Shown here: in pieces, positions 27,793 to 38,902 of the stretch
How the letters are laid out: each line of letters starts with the position of its first letter
Position numbering within the stretch: the first letter of the stretch is position 1
Source: an uncultured Acidobacteriota bacterium
Lineage (GTDB): Bacteria; Acidobacteriota; Polarisedimenticolia; J045
Assembly (NCBI GenBank): GCA_963702425.1
Contig: CAVPCQ010000029.1
Span: 20,593-84,592, forward strand
Reading direction: 5' to 3'
DNA length: 64,000 nucleotides
The notes under the pieces: model-generated
Told to the model about the DNA's origin: nothing
What the model saw: the letters and a program-made list of their open reading frames with translations, nothing else
Database searches by the model: none
Made by a program: the position numbers and the translations under genes

Positions 27793-30144
27793 ATGGCGGT
27801 GACGACGCAAGAACCCCACGATCCCGAGTCCAGCCGGAAGCGTATCGAGGAGGCGCTCGAAGCGTTTCCGGGGCTCGCGGAGATGTTCGCGCGCGCGCTG
27901 ATGGTAAGCCTGCACGCGCGCGGGGTAGCGACGGTCGACGAGATCTACGCCGAAGCACGCCGCCGGGCCGGCGGGGCGGGCGAGGACGAGCCGACGGACC
28001 TCTCCGACGACAACGTGCAAGTTGCCCGGCGCTGGGACGAACTCGAGCGCCGGGAGATCGAGAACCTCACCGTCGAGAAGGCCGCCGCGACTTTCACGCC
28101 GGACGAGATTGACGACCTCGTCAACCTGACCCGAAAACGCGACGAGGCCCAGAGCCTGGAGGAGATCGCGAATCTCTCGCAGGTGTCGATCCGCATGCTC
28201 GCCGAGGCTGTCAACCGGTTCTGCCGCTTTCCCGAGGGGCAGACGCAGATCCCCGAGTGGGAGTCGCTCGGGGTCCGCGTGGCGCTGATCCGTCACATCA
28301 TCTCTGACCAGCTCGAGTTCATCGGTCTCGCCAAGAAGCACTTCCGGATTCGTGACTTCCAGGATCTCCTCGAGCGGACCATCGGCGATGACCACCGCAT
28401 GGGCCGGATCGGCGGCAAGGCGGCCGGGATGATCCTCGCCAAGAGCATCCTCGAGCGCGCGCGCGCGGAGGATCCCAGCGCCCCCCAGATCCCGATCGCG
28501 CTCCCAGATTCCTACTACCTGCGCTCGGACGTCATCGAGCAGTTCATGGATCACAACCAGCTCCATGAGCTGCAGAGCCAGAAGTACAAGCCGATCGAGA
28601 CGATCCGCCAGGAATACCCGGTCATCCTGAACCTCTTCAAGAACGGCGAGTTCCCGGGTCACCTGATTGAGAAGTTGCGGCGGTTGCTCGGCAAGGTGGG
28701 TGACTCGCCGCTGATCGTGCGCTCCTCGTCGCTGCTCGAGGACCGCTTCGGCGCCACCTTCGCGGGGAAGTATCGCAGCGTCTTCCTTCCGAACCAGGGA
28801 CCACACGAGGGCCGCCTCGTCCAGTTGATCGGCGCGATCTGCGAGGTCTTCGCAAGCATCTTCGCCCCCGACCCGATCAGCTACCGGCGCCGCCACAACC
28901 TGATCGACTACGACGACCTCATGGCGGTACTGATCCAGACGGTTGTCGGGCTGCGCTACGGCCCGTATCTGCTGCCGAGCTGGGCCGGTGTGGCGTTCTC
29001 CAGCAACGAGTACCGCTGGAGCGCCAGGATCCGCCGCCAGGACGGGCTGGCCCGCGTCGTCTTCGGGCTCGGAACCCGCGCCGTGGACCGTGTCGCCTCG
29101 GACTTTCCGCGGATGCTCGCGCTCGGCATGCCGTCGCTGCGGCCGGTCGCCAGCCCGGCCGAGATCCGGCGCTACTCGCAGCGCTACGTCGACGCGATCA
29201 ACATCGAAGAGAACCGCTTCGAGACCGTCCCGTTCACCGAGTTGCTCTCGCACGGTTCGTTCCCGGGCCTCGACCAGTTCGTGTCGATCTCCGGGGAGGA
29301 CGGCTTCTACAAGCCCACTGGCACACGGATCGACGCAGCGCCATCGGAGCTGGTCCTGACGTTCGACCGCTTCGCTCAGGAGTCGCCCTACCCGGCGTTC
29401 CTGAAGTGGATGCTGACCACACTCGAGAGGGCCTACGGCTGCCCGATGGACATCGAGTTCGCCCACGACGGCGAGAAATTTCACCTCTTGCAGTGCCGGC
29501 CCCAGGCCTGGCACGAGGAGGAGCGCGCGGTCTACATCCCGCGCAACATCCCCTCCGAGCGCCGGGTCTTCAGCGCGTCGCGTAACATCACCACCGGCTC
29601 CGTGCACGGGATCCAGTACGTCGTCCTCGTCGATCCGCGCGACTACGATTCGATCCAGACGGCGACTGAGCGGCAGCAGGTGGCACGCGTGATCGGACTG
29701 CTCAACGAGGAGCTCAAGGAGAAGGGCTTCATCCTGATGGGACCGGGGCGCTGGGGGTCGAACGACCTGCGGCTGGGGATCAAGATCGGTTACGCCGACA
29801 TCAACAACGCACGGATGCTGATCGAGATTGCGCGCGCGAAGGGGGATCAGGTCCCAGAAGTGTCGTTCGGAACGCACTTCTTCCAAGACCTCGTGGAGTC
29901 GGATATCCGCTACCTGGCGCTCTACCCCGACGATCCGGGCAGCGACTTCAACGAGCGCTTCCTCCACGGCTCTACCAACATGCTTCCGCAGTTTCTGCCG
30001 GAGCAGGCCGAGTGGGCGGGGGTCGTGAAGGTCGTGGATGTGCGGCGCGCCAGCGATGGCCTGTCACTCAACGTGGACATGGACGGCGACAGCCAGCAGG
30101 CGCTCGCGTACCTCGCTCCGGCAGACGACGCGCACCACCACTGA
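27793..30144 (+). CDS. PEP synthase/PPDK N-terminal (ATP-grasp) domain protein, paralogue 1
   Basis: IGGKAAG, IVRSSSLLED, FAGKYRS, GLGTRAVD, DIEFA, LLQCRP, GPGRWG, SFGTHFFQD; ATG at 27793. Confidence 0.85.
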   Translation: MAVTTQEPHDPESSRKRIEEALEAFPGLAEMFARALMVSLHARGVATVDEIYAEARRRAGGAGEDEPTDLSDDNVQVARRWDELERREIENLTVEKAAATFTPDEIDDLVNLTRKRDEAQSLEEIANLSQVSIRMLAEAVNRFCRFPEGQTQIPEWESLGVRVALIRHIISDQLEFIGLAKKHFRIRDFQDLLERTIGDDHRMGRIGGKAAGMILAKSILERARAEDPSAPQIPIALPDSYYLRSDVIEQFMDHNQLHELQSQKYKPIETIRQEYPVILNLFKNGEFPGHLIEKLRRLLGKVGDSPLIVRSSSLLEDRFGATFAGKYRSVFLPNQGPHEGRLVQLIGAICEVFASIFAPDPISYRRRHNLIDYDDLMAVLIQTVVGLRYGPYLLPSWAGVAFSSNEYRWSARIRRQDGLARVVFGLGTRAVDRVASDFPRMLALGMPSLRPVASPAEIRRYSQRYVDAINIEENRFETVPFTELLSHGSFPGLDQFVSISGEDGFYKPTGTRIDAAPSELVLTFDRFAQESPYPAFLKWMLTTLERAYGCPMDIEFAHDGEKFHLLQCRPQAWHEEERAVYIPRNIPSERRVFSASRNITTGSVHGIQYVVLVDPRDYDSIQTATERQQVARVIGLLNEELKEKGFILMGPGRWGSNDLRLGIKIGYADINNARMLIEIARAKGDQVPEVSFGTHFFQDLVESDIRYLALYPDDPGSDFNERFLHGSTNMLPQFLPEQAEWAGVVKVVDVRRASDGLSLNVDMDGDSQQALAYLAPADDAHHH

Positions 30145-30201
30145 CGGATCGACGGCGCGACACGAGGCGCGCGGCGACCGGTCCGGAGGCAAGGGGCACC
30201 C

Positions 30202-31038
30202 GTGACGCGCTGCGCGTTCGTTTCGGATCTTCACGGCCGCGAGGCGCGGTATCAGGCGCTCTTCCGCTTCCTGTCCGATGCGCAGCCCGACGCGCTGTTC
30301 CTGGGAGGCGACCTGTTGCCGCGCGGTGCCAGCGCAGAGCGCTTCCTCGACGACCTGCTGGAGCCCGCCCTTCGGTCCGTCGGGGCCTCTGCCGACGACA
30401 GGACGCGCGTCTTCCTGCTGCTCGGGAACGACGACCCGGCGATCTACGAGGATGCCGCGCGCCGCGGCGAGGAACGCGGGGCGTGGACCTATCTCCACGC
30501 GCGTCGTGCGCGGCTCGCGGGCCGGGCGGTCTACGGTTACGCCTGCGTCCCGCCGACGCCATTCCTGTTGAAGGACTGGGAGCGATACGACGTCTCGCGT
30601 CATACCGATCCCGGTTGCGTGTCGCCGGAAGCGGGGCGGCGTACCGTGCCGGTCGCGGAGAACGAGGTGCGCCACGGAACGATCGCCAAGGATCTTGACC
30701 GTCTGGCGGGAGGCGATGACCTGTCCGGCTCGGTCTGGCTGTTCCACTCTCCGCCGTGGAACTCACGTCTCGATCGCGCAGCGCTCGACGGGATGACCGT
30801 CGCGGGCGTGCCGCTCGACCTTCACGTCGGGAGCGTCGCGATCCGCCGCTTCCTCGAGCGTCACGCCGTGCACCTGGCGCTCCACGGCCACGTCCACGAG
30901 TCGGCACGACTCACCGGCGCGTGGTGCGACCTGGTGGGGCCGACGACCTGCCTGTCCGCGGCGCACGACGGGCCAGAGCTGGCCGTGGTGCAATTCGACC
31001 TCGAGGCGCCCGGGGAAGCGACCCGCGCGCTGCTCTGA
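30202..31038 (+). CDS. Calcineurin-like metallophosphoesterase
   Basis: SDLHG, GGDL, GNDD, HSPP, HGHVHE motifs. Confidence 0.9.
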   Translation: MTRCAFVSDLHGREARYQALFRFLSDAQPDALFLGGDLLPRGASAERFLDDLLEPALRSVGASADDRTRVFLLLGNDDPAIYEDAARRGEERGAWTYLHARRARLAGRAVYGYACVPPTPFLLKDWERYDVSRHTDPGCVSPEAGRRTVPVAENEVRHGTIAKDLDRLAGGDDLSGSVWLFHSPPWNSRLDRAALDGMTVAGVPLDLHVGSVAIRRFLERHAVHLALHGHVHESARLTGAWCDLVGPTTCLSAAHDGPELAVVQFDLEAPGEATRALL

Positions 31039-31064
31039 GATGCCCCGGCTGCGTGACGGACCCG

Positions 31065-34000
31065 TCAGAGGGGCCGCGCGGCGTCGGTCACCGCGCCGAT
31101 CTTCACAGCGAAGCTGGTCCCCCGCGCGATGTCGTCGTCGGTGACCAGGTGGACGTCGAGCAGCCCGTTCGAGCGGTAGCCCGTGCGCAGGAAGTTCATC
31201 TCGTCGAGCGCACGGCTCCAGCCGTCCAGCCAGAGGCGGAGCGCGTCGATCTGCTCGGTCGAGGCCCGGTGGTGGACGAGCAGGTCGATGTCGCTGGCCG
31301 GCCCTGCGGTCGCATTCTTCGTGCTGCCGATCAGGTAGACCTTCACGACACCGAACCGTTCCAGGTCCAGCTCGCTCGCGATCCGCTGCGCCATCGCCAG
31401 TCGCCAGCGCCAGTGTGGTTCCGAGGCTCTTTCGCCACGTCCGGACGGCTCCTCTTCCGAGGCCGAAGTGGTTGCCGGCGAGGTCAGGTAGGCGACGGCA
31501 CTGTCGAGTGCGGCGTTCATCAGGACGCGCGCGACGAGCCCGCCCGACGAGGCCGGAACGTCGATCACGCGGAGCACCCCGGCGAGGTGGGCGTACTCGG
31601 GGAGAATGCCGGCCAGGAGGTTGTCGGCGGCGTGCAGCCAGCGCTCGTTGAAAACGGCCCCCTCGTCGTCCGGATAGAGCGGCAGGTAGCGGATCCGCGC
31701 CTCGACGAGATCCTGGAAGAAGTGCGTCCCGAACGACAGGTCCGGCGCGTAGCCATCACGCCGGCGTGCCACCTCGACCAGCAAGGCGCAGTGCGAGATG
31801 TCGGAATAGGAGACGCTGACGCCCAGCTTGATATCGCCGCGGCTGCCCCAGCGGCCGGGTCCGATCAGCGCGAACTGCCGCTTGGGGAGCAGTTGGTTCA
31901 GGCGGCCGACCGCACGGCCGATCGCCAGCAGATCGGCCCTGTCCTGGACCTGGGTGTAGGCCGCAGCATCGACGTAGACGAGGTGCGTCAGGTCGGGTAC
32001 GCGGCCGTTCGACACGAAGCGATTCGCGGTGAACAGGACCCGCTCCGTGGGGAGGTCCTGCGGGATCGGCGAGGGGCGACTCTCGTCGGTGTCGCTCTGC
32101 GGGCGGCACTGGAGCAGGTAGATGTCCGTTCCGTCCGACGCGAACTCGATGTCCACCGGGACGCCCAGCGCGCGCTCCAGCGTCTCGAGAACCGCCCTCA
32201 TCTCGCCCAGGAACGGCGTGTCGGAAATCAGCCCCTCGAACGTCCAGACCAGATCTTCGCGCTCGAAGTCGACGCGGGTCCCCAGCGGCTTGCGCACATG
32301 CCCTGCGCTGTGCAGGGAGACCATGCGCGCCACCCCGGGTACCGCAGCGCCGTACTCGCGCAGGAGCGCGTCCACTCGGACCGTCTCGAAGCGATTGGTC
32401 TCGAGATTCAGCACGTCGAGCTTGCGCGGGGCGTAGTGCAGGACCTCGTCCGGCGTGCTGTTGGTGCGTAACCCCGGCTGGCCGGGCGCCACGAGCACCG
32501 GATAGTCGTCGGCCAGGCGATCGACCGCCCGGGTCCCGAGCCCCGGGACCAGCCGCAGCAGGCCGTCCTCGCGCCGGATCCGCGGCGACCAGCGAAACTC
32601 GTTGCGTGAGAATCCCACACCGGCGAAGGTCGGAGCGAAGTAGGGACCGATCCGCGTCCCCACCACCTCCTGGATCATGATGCCCATCTCCTCCTGGAAG
32701 TCGGACAGGCCGCGCTCCATGCGGTACTGGATCGGGTCGGGGCCGAAAGTCGAGGCGTAGACCTCGGCGACCGCGCCGGCGAGCGCCGCGAGGCGCTCCC
32801 CCTTGGCCCCCTGGTTGGCCAGGAAGAGGCTCTTGTACTTGCCCGGGAAGGCTGAGCCGGCGTGGTCCTCGAGCAGGCTCGAGCTGCGCACGATCACCGG
32901 GTGCTCGCCGACCTCGTCGAGCACCTGCGCGAGACCCCGCACGATCTCGGGAGGGAAGGGGCAGCTCTTGAAGGTATCGATGATGTGTGAGTACTCGAGC
33001 CGAACCTGGTTGATCTCCTTGTACTTCTGCTCCACGACGTCGTCGAGGTGGTTGTAGTGGATGAAGTCGAGAAGCACGTCGGAGGTGATGTACCACGTCC
33101 GCGGGACCCGGATGCGTCCCAGCGCCGGGATCTCGGCCGCCGCGCGATCGAGCACCTTTGCGGCCAGGAAGAGCCCGGCGCTCTTGCCGCCCAGCTTCCC
33201 CTGGCTCGCGCTCGTGAAGATCGTTCCCTGCAGCAGGCGGAAGAAGTCCTCGACCTCGAGGTAGCGCTTGGCGACATTGAGGTACTCGAGGTGCTCGGTG
33301 AAGAAGCGTCGTGCCAGAGCGACGATGACACTGCGCTCGGATGACTCCGGCAGCCTGGCCCCCTCCGGCGTCAGCTGGTGGTACCGGCGCAGCGCATCGG
33401 CGACCTCGGGCAGCGGGTGGTTGCGGTTGACGACCGCCTCCACCAGGAAGCTGAGCTTGTCGTTCTGGATCAGCCGCTGCAGGTACGCGAGCGTCTCGTC
33501 GTCGCCGAGATGGCTTGCCGCCAGCTCGACGATCCGGGTGCCGGTGGCGTCGTCGACCACCGAGAGCACGCGGCCGGTATCGGGACGATTCTCGTCGCGC
33601 TCCGTCCCGGCCTCGTCCGCGGGGACCCCCTCCCCCAGCTGGGCGCGCAGCTGCTCCGCCTCCTTGACCCCGCTCCAGCACAGGTGGTTGAGCACCTTGA
33701 GCGCGATCGAGCGGAACAGCGCGCGGTCCGTCTCGCGCAGCAGGTCAAGCACCACGCGCCACGCTACCTGGCGCTGCGCGGAGAGGTCCGCGCTCGCGAT
33801 CTCGACGCCCTGGAGCACGTGCTTCATCCGCGCGAACATCACGAAGAAGCCGAGGCGCTCCGCGATCGTGGCGATCAGCTTGGTCTCCTCGGCGAGGAAG
33901 GGCCCTTCGTCCGCCGGTGGGGCGCTGCGGGTGTAGCCGACCGTCAGGTCGCCGAGGTGCTGCCCGTGTACGTGGATGTCGGCCCGCTGCTGCCACGGGG

Positions 34001-34235
34001 TCTCGGCCCAGTTGTCCGTCCGGTAGACGCTGTCCTCGAACTGCACCCGCGCGGCGCACCAGTCGGGAAACTGCCAGCCTGGCGGGATCGCGTTCACCAC
34101 GGCGTGGAAGATGTCGTCGAGCGGGATCTCCGGGTGCGCGAGAATCTCCTCGATCCGGTACAGGCACTGGAGTTCCTTGTGGCGCTCGCGCAGAAACCAG
34201 ATCAGCTTGTCCAGCGGCGGCTCGGGTCCAGTCAT
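31065..34235 (-). CDS. PPDK-N-like paralogue 2 with N-terminal GAF-like region and C-terminal nucleotidyltransferase domain
   Basis: LRERHKELQCLY..IPPGWQFP..GPFLAEE N-terminus; RSSSLLED, GPGRWG, SFGTHFFQD; C-terminal YLIGS...SDIDLLV. Confidence 0.85.
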   Translation of the reverse strand: MTGPEPPLDKLIWFLRERHKELQCLYRIEEILAHPEIPLDDIFHAVVNAIPPGWQFPDWCAARVQFEDSVYRTDNWAETPWQQRADIHVHGQHLGDLTVGYTRSAPPADEGPFLAEETKLIATIAERLGFFVMFARMKHVLQGVEIASADLSAQRQVAWRVVLDLLRETDRALFRSIALKVLNHLCWSGVKEAEQLRAQLGEGVPADEAGTERDENRPDTGRVLSVVDDATGTRIVELAASHLGDDETLAYLQRLIQNDKLSFLVEAVVNRNHPLPEVADALRRYHQLTPEGARLPESSERSVIVALARRFFTEHLEYLNVAKRYLEVEDFFRLLQGTIFTSASQGKLGGKSAGLFLAAKVLDRAAAEIPALGRIRVPRTWYITSDVLLDFIHYNHLDDVVEQKYKEINQVRLEYSHIIDTFKSCPFPPEIVRGLAQVLDEVGEHPVIVRSSSLLEDHAGSAFPGKYKSLFLANQGAKGERLAALAGAVAEVYASTFGPDPIQYRMERGLSDFQEEMGIMIQEVVGTRIGPYFAPTFAGVGFSRNEFRWSPRIRREDGLLRLVPGLGTRAVDRLADDYPVLVAPGQPGLRTNSTPDEVLHYAPRKLDVLNLETNRFETVRVDALLREYGAAVPGVARMVSLHSAGHVRKPLGTRVDFEREDLVWTFEGLISDTPFLGEMRAVLETLERALGVPVDIEFASDGTDIYLLQCRPQSDTDESRPSPIPQDLPTERVLFTANRFVSNGRVPDLTHLVYVDAAAYTQVQDRADLLAIGRAVGRLNQLLPKRQFALIGPGRWGSRGDIKLGVSVSYSDISHCALLVEVARRRDGYAPDLSFGTHFFQDLVEARIRYLPLYPDDEGAVFNERWLHAADNLLAGILPEYAHLAGVLRVIDVPASSGGLVARVLMNAALDSAVAYLTSPATTSASEEEPSGRGERASEPHWRWRLAMAQRIASELDLERFGVVKVYLIGSTKNATAGPASDIDLLVHHRASTEQIDALRLWLDGWSRALDEMNFLRTGYRSNGLLDVHLVTDDDIARGTSFAVKIGAVTDAARPL

Positions 34236-35953
34236 CGGCGAATCACCCCCTGGCCGGTTCGCCCGTCGACGCGGATCGCCAACGGTGCGGGAAGTCGGAT
34301 CCAGCGCAGCCGCGCCGTCTCGCGCAGCGCGGGCTGCGCGTCGAGCCAGTCCCAGTCGATGCTTCCGTCGGTCGCGGAGAAATAGAGCACGCGGAAGCTG
34401 GTGACATTGTGGAAGAAGTGCGCTCCCTGGCTCGGCCGGAACGCCATCCCTGGCAGCATCGCCTCGACGATCACGCGCGCCCCCGAGATCTGTGCGAACG
34501 CGACCGGGACGCCGCCTGCCGGGTCGGAGGTTCCCCAGCGGCCGAAGCCGACGAGCAGGTAAGGCCGGCCGGCGGCCAGCAACTCCTGGTTCAACGCGTC
34601 GAGTTCCTGCGCGATGCCGGGCGTATCGCCGGCCTCGAACGCCTCGCGCCGAACGACGACCACGTCGGCAACGTCCGGCGCCGCACCGTTGCCCAGCACA
34701 CCGTGCGCGGCGAGCAGCAACCCGGCCGGCTCGAGATCCGCGGCCGAGATCTCGACGCGCTCCGCCGAGACCATCATCGGCCGCACCTGCAGGAGGCCCA
34801 GCCGTGCAGCGGACCCGCCTTCCGGGTCGAGCGTGAAAGCCAGTTCGATCTCGACGTCAATGGCGAATTCGGCTCGCGCGGCGTCGAGCAGGGCGACGAC
34901 GGCGTCGCTGAACGGGAGCATGCGCGTCTGCCGCAGTGGTGCGAAGTCGAGCATCCGCGGCCCCGGGCGCGAGATCCCGGGGACGAGGCGGTCATCCGCG
35001 GCGAGGTATGTCGACGCCGTCCAGGTCAGCGTGCCGTCGCTCTCGGCTGCGGCGAGGTCGGCCTGGACGAGGAACTCGGTCTCGTGCGTCGGGTCGTACG
35101 CGGGGGGCTTTCCCATGTTGACGGCCCAGAACGCCGTTTGCCCCTCTTTCACCAGGGCGCGCAGCGAGGTGTAGGGAGGGGCCGTACGGGGGTAGCGCGG
35201 GCAGTAGGCCCATCCCACGCCGTCGTCGACGATCGTGCGGCCCAGCCCGAGTGCCAGTTCCGCGACGCCATCGTCCGGCTTCGCGTGCCCCGACGGATAG
35301 AAGTTGAAAGACCGTCCGACGGCGGAGACGTCGGGGTAGAAACGCTCTCCGTGACGGCGCCCGACCACTTCCTGGACGATCACGGCCATCCGTTCTTCGG
35401 TCGGGTCGCGGCGCGTGGCAGCGATGTACTGGCGCGCGTCCCGGAACCACGTCGACGCGAAGACGAGCTTGATCGCCTCGACCAGTCCGCGGAAGCGTGA
35501 CGCCGCGTCCGGCTGGTTGTTGGCGATCATCTTCGTGGCGTAGACGCCGGCGAACGGCTGCTCGAGCGCGTCCTCGAGCAGGCTCGACGAGCGGACGGCG
35601 AGCGGCGCTCTCGCCTCCGTCGCAAGCGCCTGCAGGTCGCCCAGCAGATCGGTCGGGAGCCGGCCGCGCTGGAAGGCCATCGCGATCACGTCGTCCCGCT
35701 CGTCGCGCAACCCGGCGACCGCGTCCAAGCCGTTCAGCTCGAGGAAGCGCTCGAAGCAGTCGGCGGCGAGGACCGTCATCCGCGGGATCGAGATCTCGAG
35801 CCCTTCCGGGGCGAACCGCTCGGCCAGCGAGGCGACGACCCGCTGCGCGCGCACGAGTCCCGAGGCCTTTCCGCCCAAGGGGCCGTCGCCCAGCCGCGTG
35901 ATCGCCGGACCGCGGAGGAACCCCCCTCGGGACAGGCGCGGAATTCCGTCCAC
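34232..35953 (-). CDS. PPDK-N-like paralogue 3 (core only); start 35953 or 36004
   Basis: LGGKASGL, AVRSSSLLED, PFAGVY, ALGLGRTIVD, LLQVRP, GRWGTSD, SQGAHFFHN. Confidence 0.85.
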   Translation of the reverse strand: MDGIPRLSRGGFLRGPAITRLGDGPLGGKASGLVRAQRVVASLAERFAPEGLEISIPRMTVLAADCFERFLELNGLDAVAGLRDERDDVIAMAFQRGRLPTDLLGDLQALATEARAPLAVRSSSLLEDALEQPFAGVYATKMIANNQPDAASRFRGLVEAIKLVFASTWFRDARQYIAATRRDPTEERMAVIVQEVVGRRHGERFYPDVSAVGRSFNFYPSGHAKPDDGVAELALGLGRTIVDDGVGWAYCPRYPRTAPPYTSLRALVKEGQTAFWAVNMGKPPAYDPTHETEFLVQADLAAAESDGTLTWTASTYLAADDRLVPGISRPGPRMLDFAPLRQTRMLPFSDAVVALLDAARAEFAIDVEIELAFTLDPEGGSAARLGLLQVRPMMVSAERVEISAADLEPAGLLLAAHGVLGNGAAPDVADVVVVRREAFEAGDTPGIAQELDALNQELLAAGRPYLLVGFGRWGTSDPAGGVPVAFAQISGARVIVEAMLPGMAFRPSQGAHFFHNVTSFRVLYFSATDGSIDWDWLDAQPALRETARLRWIRLPAPLAIRVDGRTGQGVIRR

Positions 35954-35969
35954 TGGCCGGCCCCCGTTC

Positions 35970-37277
35970 TCAGGCCCAGCCGCGCTCGCGGCAGGCCTCG
36001 GCAACGCGCGCCACGGCGATGACCAGCGCTGCCTCGCGCAACGGCAGCCGATCGCGGCGCGCCGCTGCGAATACCGCGTGCGCGGCGGTCGTCATCCGGG
36101 TGTCGAGCCGCGCCAGCACCTCGTCCTTCTCCCAGTAGAAGTTCGCGTTGCTCTGCACCTGCTCGAAGTAGCTGCAGGTGACGCCGCCGGAGTTCGCCAG
36201 CGCATCGGGGATCACGGTGACCCCCCGTTCGGCGAGCACGGCGCCGGCCTCGGCCGAGGTCGGCGCATCGGCTCCCTCGAGCACGAAGCGCACCGCCGGA
36301 TGGACCTTGGCGACGTTCTCCGCCGTCAGCTGGTTCTCGATCGCGGCCGGGATCAGCACGTCCACTGGCTGCTCGAGCCACGCGGCGCCCGGGAGCAGTT
36401 CATATCCCAGGTCCCGCGCCGCGTCGCGATCGATGGATCCGAAACGATCGGCGACGCCGCGCAGCACCGCCAGGTCCACCCCCTGCTCACGACGGAAGCA
36501 GACCGCCTCGCCGGCGGCCTGGTCCCAGCACGACACCGCGAGGACCTTGCCGCCGACCTGTGTCAGCAGTTCGATCGCGTGCTGGGCGACGTTCCCGAAC
36601 CCCTGCACGCTGGCGGCGACGTTCCGGATCGGCTGCCCCAACTCGGCCAGGGCCTCGCGCAGCACGAAGACCAGCCCGTATCCGGCGGCCTCGGTCCGAC
36701 CGAGCGAGCCTCCCAGCGCGACCGGCTTGCCGGTGATGAACCCCGGATCGCGCCGCCCGGCCATCGTCTCGTACTCGTCGAGCATCCAGAGCATGTGGGG
36801 CGCGCCGGTCATGATGTCGGGCGCGGCGACATCGACCCGCGGGCCGAGCTCGCGGAACAACGCACGCACCCAGCCGCGGCAGAGCCGCTGCAGCTCCGCT
36901 GCCGACAGGTCGTGCGGGTCGCAGGCTACCCCGCCGTGGCTGCCGCCGAGCGGGATGTCCACGATCGCGCTCTTCCACGACATCCCCATCGCCAGCGCGC
37001 GCGCGGCGTCGAGCGACTCCTGTGGGTGGAAACGGATTCCCCCCTTGGCCGGACCGCGCGCGTCGTTGTGCTGGACGCGGAAACCGCGGAAGACGCGCGT
37101 CCGGCCGTCGTCCATGGCGACCGGAACCGCGAACCGGTGCTCGCGCAGCGGCCAGCGCAGCAGTTCGCGGAGCGACTCGTCGAGGCCGAGGAAGGTCGCA
37201 ACCCGGTCGAACTGGTCCTGCGCGGCGTGGAAGAACTGGTAGGGTGCCGGATGTCCGTCGCTCATGGCCGTATCCAT
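35970..37277 (-). CDS. Glu/Leu/Phe/Val dehydrogenase family protein lacking canonical catalytic Lys
   Basis: KGGIRFHP, APD, ITGKP, QGFGNV, NSGGV; GGSHGG in place of GGGKGG. Confidence 0.85.
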   Translation of the reverse strand: MDTAMSDGHPAPYQFFHAAQDQFDRVATFLGLDESLRELLRWPLREHRFAVPVAMDDGRTRVFRGFRVQHNDARGPAKGGIRFHPQESLDAARALAMGMSWKSAIVDIPLGGSHGGVACDPHDLSAAELQRLCRGWVRALFRELGPRVDVAAPDIMTGAPHMLWMLDEYETMAGRRDPGFITGKPVALGGSLGRTEAAGYGLVFVLREALAELGQPIRNVAASVQGFGNVAQHAIELLTQVGGKVLAVSCWDQAAGEAVCFRREQGVDLAVLRGVADRFGSIDRDAARDLGYELLPGAAWLEQPVDVLIPAAIENQLTAENVAKVHPAVRFVLEGADAPTSAEAGAVLAERGVTVIPDALANSGGVTCSYFEQVQSNANFYWEKDEVLARLDTRMTTAAHAVFAAARRDRLPLREAALVIAVARVAEACRERGWA

Positions 37278-37321
37278 CCTCCGCCAGGGCGAACCCGCCG
37301 GTCGCTTACCAGACAGGGTAG

Positions 37322-38839
<1,518 letters not shown>

Positions 38840-38867
38840 TCGCTGGCTTGGGAAGGCTCGTGGGGGG

Positions 38868-38899
38868 GGGGCGGCCGGCGACGGCCGCCCCTTCTCTTT
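38868..38899 (+). terminator. Intrinsic terminator after gdhA
   Basis: GGGGCGGCCG-GCGA-CGGCCGCCCC followed by TTCTCTTT. Confidence 0.75.
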
Positions 38900-38902
38900 G
38901 CG

